DNA of 64,000 nucleotides from Lepidodermella squamata (lineage: Eukaryota; Animalia; Gastrotricha), in contig JBLDXI010000024.1 in the NCBI GenBank assembly GCA_047495785.1, forward strand, positions 186,001 to 250,000, given 5' to 3'. A model generated the notes under the pieces. The model had not been told where the DNA came from and ran no database searches. It was given only the letters and a program-made list of their open reading frames with translations. How positions within the stretch are numbered: position 1 is the stretch's first letter; each line of letters begins with the position of its first letter. Made by a program: the position numbers and the translations under genes. Positions 54,201 to 64,000 of the stretch are shown here, one piece after another.

Positions 54201-55869
54201 CTGCCAAATGAAAGCCCCAAGCGCTGACAATGACCAGGTCGCTTTGAAAACTTCAGAAATGGAATCAGTAAAGCTTTGAACTGAATCGTCAGTAGTTTCA
54301 GATAACATTGACTCCAAGGAATCAACTGCTATTGTCGGATCGTTGAAAGAAGCGCCGCATTCACGGGGGAAAGTTACTGTTGTAGATACGAACTTGGACT
54401 CAATCGGATGACGGCATTTCAGCGTAAACTTTGTCAATGAATGAACAGATATATTAAGTGGTACGCAAATGCTGTGACGGCTTTGATGATCGAGGCCACC
54501 TTTAGGCAACATGCTTTCGCAAGAATTCAGCAGTAACGAATTGAAGCGCTGTTGCAGCCGCAGTAAATGAGTGATGTGAGATAAACTTTTCGTATCACAA
54601 AATGGAATCGCCTCAACCCAGTGACATGGGTCAAATGCATTAGGATCAAGATCCTTTTCCCATTGCACTGAAATCGCCAACCGCATATTATGATTAGGAA
54701 GACTCTGTATATAAAGAGATGTGCAAAATAAAATGCTGAACATCATCAAATATCCTCCTACCTGTAAAATTCTGTCACTTCCAGATAAATTAAGGAGAGC
54801 TCTGGGAAATTCAGGCGTTGCCTCTCGCATAGAGGGCAAGCAACTGTGATTGCTCGTTGTCTTGAGAAATTGCAAAACGCCAGCGTTTCGACAAAGATCT
54901 TGTATTTTACGATAAATAGCAAAGCAGATCAAAACAGGTTTTTCCAGCACCAAAACGTAAACACCAGATACCGAAGCGTATGTAAAAACATTGGAAACGT
55001 GATTATGAGCCACCTAGGAAGATAACAAAATGCATTTAAATCACTAATTTGCTGAAATATTGCATACCTGAAGGCTGAAAGACGATTTAGATTGTAAAAA
55101 TTTGACATTTAACCGATATTCTGTTAGTTTTGCGACGTCATTGGTCAGCTGAGGCTGAGATGGATGGCAATAATAAACAACATATGGTCGAAGGAAACAA
55201 GATTGGCCGGATAAAATGTGTCCGTATCTAGATGAAAGCACGGATTCGCAGGATGGCAAAGGTTCCATATGGATAGCATCCCCGTTTATATCGCTGTATA
55301 TTGACAGAAGGCCATTCATAATCTTAGACAGTTCCCCGTTGTCGTCATGAGCAGCTTCGAGCATTGATTTGATCAATTCAACAAACGTCGTGAACACTGA
55401 ATTCAGATCGGAAGGCGCTTTTAGTAAACTGATAATGTCAAGTTCGGCATCATGAACTGCCGGGTGATGTAGGGAAACGCGCTCGATCGCCCCACGGCTG
55501 TCCAATTTAACAAATATGGTGAATGAGAGGACTCGCAAATCGATGACGTTATCTTAATCCAAAAGAATTAGCGAACAGGAGCAATGATAGGACAATTTTA
55601 CCCTTAGAATAAGCAACTTCGAAGCCAGATCGTTTAGCCACATCAGTAAAAGCTGTGCGCCATTTCTCCGCATCGTTTTTGCAGTCATTTTTAACATATG
55701 CTTTACCGTCGATCTGAAAGTAGAATTTTCATGGTTAATGGTTAATGGAAAATGGCCAATGACCCACTTGTTTCACGCAGCTAATCCAGTCTAAATATTT
55801 GCGGACGCCGGAATCAAATTTATCAAGAAGTGTCACCACACTTTTAACCTTTTCATCGCTGGCAGCCAT
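51208..55869 (-). CDS. MED1: Mediator subunit MED1-like (Med1 domain + long Ser/Pro/Gly-rich disordered tail)
   Basis: ATG 55869. FTIFVKLDSRGAIERVSLHH and IPFCDTKSLSHITHLLRLQQRFNSLLLNSC resemble conserved MED1 blocks; S-rich tail with KIPK motifs. The 3' end is either 51306 or a last exon 51258-51208. Confidence 0.7.
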
Positions 55870-56937
55870 GCTCTTTTCATGACATTATCAACTCATTATA
55901 TAAATATATCTACACAAAAGACATACATCGACGGGTAATAACTAAGCCTCAAATAAAATCAAAGCGAATCAGAAGGATGTGATTGGCCTTATGAAAACTT
56001 CAGCAACCCGCAACATTTATCGGCAGGTCTTCCATGAATAAGTCATATAACATTGAGGCAAATGAGGCAGAGCGAGTAAACAACTAAAAAAGGTACAAGG
56101 TAACCAGTAAAGAATACAAAATACAACAGATCGACGTAATTAATCGGCCGGCAAACTGGTAACTAGAGCAGGAAGTCAAGTTGGTCAACTTTTTTTTCGA
56201 GATGGTCACACCCCAGGCCTCTTCGCTGATGCCGGTTTTTTTAATCAAATATTTCTCGTACTGCCATAAATTTCGGTCAAATTATAATCTGAACAATTTA
56301 AGAACAATTTTTAATTAATATACTTGAATACAGAGAAGAATGATTTACCGCGGAACGAACAATGTCCCTAACTCCATTTCTGCGGTTTTTTTGTTTGTTT
56401 GCGGTTACTGGGTAGAGGGAGTAGGCATAAGCTCGGAATGGTGTAGGAAACGAAGCCTAGTCTTCAGACCTATCTTAGGAGGAGCATAAATAGCGCCATC
56501 TTCGGCCTGAAGCATAACCAAGGCGATCTGATTGACGAATCAATAATATCGATAGTATCGAAGATGAAGCTAGAGGCGATGAGCAATGAGGAGCATTCTT
56601 CCGATTCGCTTTCCTCTTCTCAGCTTGTGCACCACTGTTAACTGTCGCATCGTGAGAAGACGTGTCATCCTCCTGCATAGATGACATCCTCACTCCGGTA
56701 TTTCGTATCATTGTTGAGTTTCGCGCACTTCCTATTTTCGACAACCCCGTCTACAAAATGAGCTTCACCGCGGCTTAGACGTCTTCTGCGGCTTTTTCAT
56801 GTCATACTACTTGAAACGCCAACTTTTAGAGTAATGGCCCTAATAAGTAATGGCGATTCCACTCTATAATTCATTTATGCCATTTTAAAGTTTGTTATCT
56901 ATTTTTTGTTATAGTTTCTTGACTAACATTTTGAAGC

Positions 56938-57740
56938 ATGGCGTCAGTATGTTGGCTTCTTTCATCTCTCGCCTTGCTTTTATTGATCGGAGATTGCAGT
57001 CTTGCAACTGTCGCTCCTTTCACTGAGAACGAAATGTATTTCATCGAGAAAGAGAGCCAGAAGCCATGCACTTATTTCATGGGCAAAGAGCGAAATGGTC
57101 AAGATGCTCGCAAGTCTAGGAGAGAGTCGAGTTTGGTGAACTGCACCTGGTATAAGGATCAAGCTTGCTGTAAACGCACCGAAGTAACTTCGGTGTTCTC
57201 AAAAATGTATCCCTTGAACTTGGCATCGACGTAAGAAATTAATTTGTCCATTCTGTTTTGTCATTATTAAACTTTGTTCTCTTCAGGCGCTGTCGAAATT
57301 TGATCAACTATATGCTTTGCTATTGGTGTTCGCCTGTTCAATATAAGTGGTATTACAAGTAAGAGAAAAATTCCCCGATAAATCATTGACCATTAATTCC
57401 AACTTCCTTTATTTTAGACGTCTATTTATATGCAAGGACTATTGCGATCTTGTTTACACGGAATGTGCTAGTAAGTGTCTAATACCTATGACGCGCAATT
57501 TTTTACGCGGAACTAATAATTTCAGAAGCCACCTGGAATAACTTTGAGTTGGGTGTGAAGTACCGCTCGGGCACACAATTCTGCGAGGCTCAAAAATTTG
57601 AAGTTGTTCAGTCATATCCATGTTTCGACTTTGACGAAAGCATTTTTGATGCCGCTTCCAGTTTGCAGCCAATGTTGCGAAATTCTATTTTGATTTTTGC
57701 TGCCAGGGCTGTTGCAAGTTTCTTGACAACTTCGTACTGA
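56938..57740 (+). CDS. Secreted, probably GPI-anchored Cys-rich protein with folate-receptor/riboflavin-binding-type domain
   Basis: Signal peptide; CTWYKDQACC, CRNLINYMLCYWCSP, LFICKDYCDLVYTEC; hydrophobic C-terminal tail; four exons join in frame. Confidence 0.75.
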
Positions 57741-58288
57741 ATAACTTTGAGTGCTTTCAAGTTCTTTGTTGGAGCTGCGACAAGTTTTTTTAAAGTGCCT
57801 GAATTGAAATCAAATATGCCTAGCTTGGATTCTGATTGGCTCATAGAGTAAGATATTATATTATTGTATTGTTAATGATCTCTATGATGCACGTGAAGCG
57901 CCATCGTCAGTCTCGTATTGTGATAAAACTGCCTGTTCTACCAGACTTTTATATTGATCAATTTTTCGATCTAATTGATGTGCAATGCTCTAATTTTTTA
58001 TCAGTGTTTTGTTTTTACACCAGATTTTGTCAGTGTTAAATAAATAGTTGTTGCTTTTAAAACATCGCCGAACTCTTGTTATTCATCATTTATTTTTCAG
58101 CTTTCAGCTTCTCATCTAATCCGTTTCAAAATAAGTTTACAAGAGTGCTTTTGCAGTAACGCTATATATACATGAGAGGTCGAGTTGACGACTGGCAATG
58201 TTGCAGGCATAAATCATCAGACGAACGCTTCGTGACAAAATAATGTGGCAACAAACAGGTTTTGATAAGCTCGATCGATAGCGGATGA

Positions 58289-59899
58289 TTAATCGGCTTC
58301 GCTGTTCTCTACTACCTGAGGATATTGCAATCTAGATATTCTGTGAAAGGCAGCTAGATCCTTTGCGACTAGGGAGTGCGAAAGGCGGAACTGCAGAGGC
58401 TCGATCTTCTGGTTCCAAGCCGGATTTTGAGCGTGAACCATCTTGTCAGTATCGATGACATTTTTCATAAGAGTTTCAATGCCTCGCATTCTGAACACGT
58501 AGCCGCGAGTGTCGCTGAGATGAGCACTAAAATCAATAACATCAGGTGACCGAATGATGGCTCCAACTGGGAATATGAAAGGCCGTAAAATGGTGTATTG
58601 GCGAGTAATTTTTGCGCTCGCGAGCAGTTGTTCCTTAATTTGAATCGGAGCGCTGACGTAGACCAGCCGGAAAAATGGGTGAACACTCATGACGATAATA
58701 TGAGAGCCATACAGCAACTTGTCATCGACCGTTCCCACCTTAAAATAATTATTTACTTGAAGAATTGATACATTGCAAATTTTACTGTTACCTGAGCGTG
58801 ACCAATTGAAATGTAATAAGGCCATTTGTAGAGAACAAAAGGCGAACCACCCCTGAGGGCGTCTTGAACCGAGTCAAACGGTGCTTTCGCTTCGCCTGAA
58901 ATGAAAGAGAAAATTAAATGTTTCGATTTCAGCTCGTATATGAATTAAAATATTACCTTTGGGCCACTGATGATATATGCAATCGCCACGTATGTCACAT
59001 TTGAAGACGCGAAGAGGATCGAGCGAGTATATGTAGTAAAGGGTGTTATTTACAGTTATCGGTATCCAGTTTATTTCAGTTCGCTGTAGCCGGGGTTTGA
59101 AATCTTCTGGAACATTGAGCTTCACAAGCTGGTTTTTGTCGTAGTTCCACAAAAACATTCGACCCCGGATGTCAGACTGGTCGCGATCGAACTGCCAAAT
59201 ATGGAACGACAGGAAAATTGTCTGATTCCACCTGAATAGGCGTGGATCCATCGGGCCGTCGGACCTGTAGGCGTAATGGCAGTTTGTAGCCGTCGGAATG
59301 CCGAGAATGCTTCCGCGTTCAAGAGCTGTCCAATCGGTATCGAATTCGCGCTTGTAAAGAAAATTTTCGGGGTAAGTATTTCGTGTTTTAATATCAGGAT
59401 CTTTGTTGTACAAGACATCGTAGTGGGAGAGCCAAATTCGTTGAACTGTCAAAATTGAGCCATCGTCTTTGTCTATGATAGCTGGGCCAAGACTGACATA
59501 AACGTTCTCTTCGAATGGATCGTATATTGCCTCGCTGAAAAATTGCTCGACTTCAGGCGAAAATGAGTAGACCAGAGATGTTGTAACAGGGGCTGAGACG
59601 TTGAAAAAATTACGACCCCGATCAGCGAAAACGCGACCGTTTTGAATGTAATTGCTGATGAATGTTCCTTTATGCCGCGGCCCGTCCAGGTGGTTACTCA
59701 GGGAGCGCTTGTGAGCCAGGCGAAATTTGATACCACCACCATCGCTGCCGAAGCAGGCGACGAAAAGCGAAAATGGCACGATGAAAAGAAGGACAAAAAG
59801 AGCGAAAAATGTCACAGCGCATTTTCGACCGCCCGACGTCGTCGCCCACCACCGTCGTAGGCGCAGAATTTTCAGTTTTACCTCGCTCACCGACGTCAT
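58289..59899 (-). CDS. Type II membrane glycosyltransferase-like protein (Bmt/GT91 beta-mannosyltransferase or GH130-like beta-propeller), 498 aa
   Basis: Exons 59899-58957, 58895-58792, 58738-58289. Short basic N-tail plus TM; motifs GPMDPRLF, EINWIP, YSLDPLRVFKC, LRGGSP. Confidence 0.6.
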
Positions 59900-61040
59900 G
59901 CCTTGCCAGAAAGCTCGTAAATCCGCAAGTAAAATGTGAACGAGAGAGGGCTGCGCTGAAAAGTGGCGGCGTTGTAAATTCAGTTTTAGAGCCGCTATAT
60001 TTGATTAGCGAGCGGGCAAGCAAGTCCGAGTGAGTGCGGTCCGAAATCGCAAATAAGTGGCGACAGGTATCGACGACTGACCTTTTCGGATGCGCTCTAA
60101 ATAGCGTAGCGACAAAACCAGCGACAAGAAATGCGCGTCGTGACAGTCCGGCACTATACACAAGAGGTAAGAGAGGTACGCTGCTTAGTCGGTATACGCG
60201 CCTCGGCGGCGTCGCTGTGTTTGGCCAAATTAATACAGTGCGAAATTTTTTAGAAAATTCGGCATGTCCCTAAAAACAACAACAACGAGTTACTTTTGTG
60301 CGTCTCACCTTATTTAAAAAAGACGGAAAGAAAAATCTGACTTTCACGAGTAGTTTCTGTTGAACCGAGCGGGTAAAATGATAATAAAAGTAGCTAGGTG
60401 TTTCTGAGTGCATTGGTAAACGAGCCGCCGGTGTCCTTTGTATTATTCAAATCGGAAAATGAGAGAAACGTTTCGTAACCAACGTCTGAACTTTCGATTG
60501 CGTGTATTGGTGGCGAACAAGAATGCATCTTTCGACATTCTCTGTGTACACATGCACACGTGAAGCACGGCTGGGCGCCAAGCACTGCTCTCTTGTTGCA
60601 ACTCGGACTACATACTGCCCTAATAATATTATTACTATTAAGAATAATACTCACAGAGCTGCTGTATACCTATTGTATTGGGTTTTAAGCTGCGCACACG
60701 TTACGGTAAACAATTATTCACGTAAACGCCAAGAATATGGTGACGACGGCGACGACGACGACAACAAGAAATGTCTCAGGCACAGCCTAGCGTAATGCGC
60801 CGTCGTAATATTATATTTGGGGTATTCTCAGCAGTGGTCGCATTACCTATATTTTATATGCTGAAAGGTCACAACATGCTGCTCATCCACCTTGATGTTG
60901 TAAAGCTCAGCTGCAGAAAATAATATTATTAGTATTATCTCTGGTATCGCGCTCACTTTTCTTTTGTGCTTTATTAACAAAAGTCATTCGCGTCAATTTC
61001 AGCACTTAGCTATATATATTTACCCGGAAAACACCGACGC

Positions 61041-63869
61041 ATGATCGCGTTTGCCCGCGGTTCATCGTTTGTCGCTGCCGCTGTGTGGTTCGTTGTCTGG
61101 ACTGGTCTGTCGTTTTTTGCGCACAACTGCGCGCGCCACGTGCTCAATGCCGTGAACAGAGAGCCCAACTCGGCGCCGGACGAAAGTAATGCGCCGGCAA
61201 GCCCATCTGTTATGTGGTTTTGCATTTTCCTGTTAACGCTGTTTCAAATCGGTGAGAAATTGTTAATACGCACCAGGATTTTGTTTTTATATCGAAAATA
61301 ATTTTTAGGAATTGGAGCCCTTGTGTTACTTGTGAGCAAGCGCGTTTACCTAATTTTCGGCATCGGGCGCACTGTTTATCGTTCTGGTTCGCGACCGTCC
61401 TCACCCACGTCGAAAGTGGTGCCTAATGGCACAGCAAATGGAAACGGATACGTCGTTAATGTCGGCACAGCGGAGATGGAAAGCGAAATAATGCCATCGA
61501 TACCCTGGCAAATTCAAATAACTTTGGCCCTGTCGCATCTCATCGCTACCGCTGCTACCAATGCGTCAATAGCCTTCGCGACTCCGGCTCCAGCCTTTGT
61601 AATTAAAGCGTTCGAACCCATTACTACAGCTATTCTCGCCGCGTTGGTGGGCGGAAAACGTGTAGAAACACACGTTATCATATCCCTACCTCTCGTCGCG
61701 TTAGTCTTGGAAATATATTTCTGATCGATGTGTAAAATAATTTAAAATTTAGAATCGGAGCTGTCGGTTTCACATGGCGGTCGGATTTCCAAATCGCCAA
61801 CTTTTTCGGAATATTCATGGCCGTAGTATCCAACTTGATGTACGGCCTTCGAAACATCACCACGAAGTCTCTGCAACACGACCATAGCGGAAACAAAACT
61901 ATTTCGAACCTCGCCCAGTTGCACATTTTAGCTCAGATGTCGATTTTTTCCGGTACTATTTTGGCATGGCTGATTCTAATGCAAACGCTTACCACACCTG
62001 GTCTCTTGAGCCACTTTCTAAAAAGCGACGTCATCTACGACAGCGTCCTTAGTGGATTGTTCCACGTTTCCTACACCATCATCAGTGTGCTAGTCATGCT
62101 CACTGTTCTAACCGTTGTGGCCCATGCAACAGCAAATCTTGGCAAACGGGTCATAATTTCGCTCCTGTGAGTTGCTAATTTTCGAGTTCGAAATATTTTC
62201 TAAAACCATTTTTCTGCCAGGTTCTACATCATCGGAATGCAATACCCTACTTTTTCCAACGTGCTGTTTGGCCTAGTCTTTTTGATTGGACTTTTAATTT
62301 ATGCAAATTCGAACCGCCTGAAATTTAGTGAGGAAATTGAAGCTAGTGACCTAATTGGTACTAATAATGTTTTACGTCATAGGTGAAACCCAGGAGAGCC
62401 AAACATTGATTTTGACTGGAATTTTCACAGCATTCGTGCTGGCATGTGCACTATTCCCGGGTAGCTTCATGGCCTCCACCGCTTCAGTTTCGAAGCCGAC
62501 GCTAGTCGACGACCATCGACCGATTCCATTACCTGTAGCCGTTACTCCCCCCACGTTTAGGGCCAGAAAGGATTTCTTCATTACGAAGGCGAACAAGATT
62601 AACTACATCAATGTGGACTCATCCAACATCGATACCTTGTATCCCAAGTGAGTCAAATTTTTCCAATAAGATCCCAGATCAATATATCTAATTTGTAAAT
62701 TTCAATCCGCAGTTTTCAAACTACACTGAGTGCTGAAGAAGAAGAGTTCTTGAATGTTGACTTGTTTGCCAACCCGGATCGAGCGGATTGGCTGTCAAAG
62801 CGGTTGCCGATTGCTCACGATGTGGTGCTCGAGGCTCAACGCATTCATTATCAATTATTTTCCCGTCTGGTCAAAGGCTACAAGAGAGCCGTTTTAGTTA
62901 ACGTCTTCACGTGGGCTAATCGCGGTGATCACTTGATCACGATTGGCGAGCGTGTTATTTTGTCCCGGTTCAACTTAACATTAGACTACTACTGCTTCTA
63001 TCCCGGCGATGATTGTGATTTCCACGGAATTTCTCGATCAAAAGATTTGGTAGTATTCATTCAAGGCGCGGGGTATATTGGCCACGAAGCTCATGTTCCT
63101 GTCGTCAAGAAAACCATTAAGGCTTTTCCGAACAACCGCGTGATATTCTTTCCAATCAGCGTGTGCTGTACCAGTAAGGAAGAAATAGCAGCCTATCAAA
63201 ACATTTTTGTTACTCACAACGATTTATGGCTTCTCCTACGTGACCGATTTTCTTATGAGGTATGTCTTGTCATTATTTTACCCTTATTCGTCATGTAGCT
63301 TGGAATATGATTTGCAGATTTCAAAGAAGTCATTCACCAAGACGAAATGCTACCTCTCGCCAGATTCCGCCTTTGCAGTTGGCCCTCAGAAACTGACGAT
63401 TGTCCCAACTCACGACCTCATTTGGGTAAAACGTGATGACTGGGAAAACTACAGAGATAAAAACCACGACGAGCTTCCGAAAATTCCGAAAAATATGACT
63501 GCTCTCATTCAGGTAAACTCTAAGCTAACGTTGAGATGTTTTTATTATCTGTGATTTTTTATCTGAAAGGACTGGGACGAGCATTTCATGGACCAGCAGA
63601 CACCAGACTTCATGGAGGATCATCAGCTCAAATCCATGAGTGCATTTGTCTACCTTGCTCGAGGGAAAGTTGTGATAACTGACCGGTTACATGCCCATCT
63701 AATGAGCACCTTGTTGGGGAAACCTAATATAGTTGTAAATTCGATTACGCGTAAGCAGCAAAATTATTATGATACCTGGGAACACAGCATAAAAACATCA
63801 GCATGCGTTGATTCAGCTACTGAAGCGTTGTCAATTGCGAAGAATTTCATTACCATGTTGAGGCTTTAA
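61041..63869 (+). CDS. TPT/SLC35E-type phosphate translocator fused to a polysaccharide pyruvyltransferase (Pvg1/EpsO-like), 809 aa
   Basis: Exons 61041-61251, 61309-61699, 61753-62166, 62221-62327, 62383-62647, 62713-63259, 63318-63512, 63570-63869 total 2430 nt, all GT-AG and in frame. TPT motifs IKAFEP, SNLMYGLRNITTK, ANLGKRV; transferase motifs NRGDHLI, RDRFSY, SPDSAF, VITDRLHAH. Confidence 0.8.
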
Positions 63870-64000
63870 TCAGAATTTATGTTTTTCTATGCTTTCTGGA
63901 ACGATGTTGAAATCCGGCAATGTTTGTGTAAATAAATTATTTGCGGTAAATAAAAACCTGGTATTTCAAACAATATTGCTTTTCGGTATTACTTCACTTT

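Noticed and set aside
54706-54762. Hydrophobic TM-like segment VGGYLMMFSILFCTSLYIQ in MED1
   Set aside because: It is bounded by CAG|GTAGGA and atacag|, so it is an in-frame 57-bp intron translated by the ORF track.
56475-56744. 89-aa ORF between MED1 and the folate-receptor-like gene
   Set aside because: Non-ATG start, no recognisable motif or splice support; probably promoter or UTR sequence.
58289-63869. Bacterial contamination or recent HGT island
   Set aside because: Both genes carry host-type 53-65 bp introns and eukaryotic membrane anchors, so any transfer must be old.

Overview
Eukaryotic DNA from a gene-dense invertebrate animal genome; I cannot identify the species. Most introns are about 50-65 bp, so the ORF track shows fragmented exons. 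Manual splice reconstruction gives about 20 protein-coding genes: WDR12 (partial), METTL18, two SLC16/MCT transporters, an atypical AMPK-gamma, SPAG6, PTPRN/IA-2, PSMC5, RPL39 (missing from the ORF track), three full ABCB1-like P-glycoproteins with a small orphan gene and two divergent Cys-loop receptor subunits interleaved, ACBP, BAG3-like, MED1, a folate-receptor-domain protein, a Bmt/GT91-like type II membrane protein, and an 809-aa fusion of a TPT/SLC35E-type transporter to a polysaccharide pyruvyltransferase. The best candidate for a new system is at the right end: a head-to-head glycan-modification pair in which a putative Golgi PEP importer is fused to the enzyme that consumes PEP. Other notable signals: operon-like 47/56-bp gene spacers, a MITE-like element in an ABCB intron, GC-AG introns, an IA-2 lacking its catalytic Cys, and an AMPK-gamma with altered nucleotide-binding residues. 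All family calls rest on motif recognition, not database searches.
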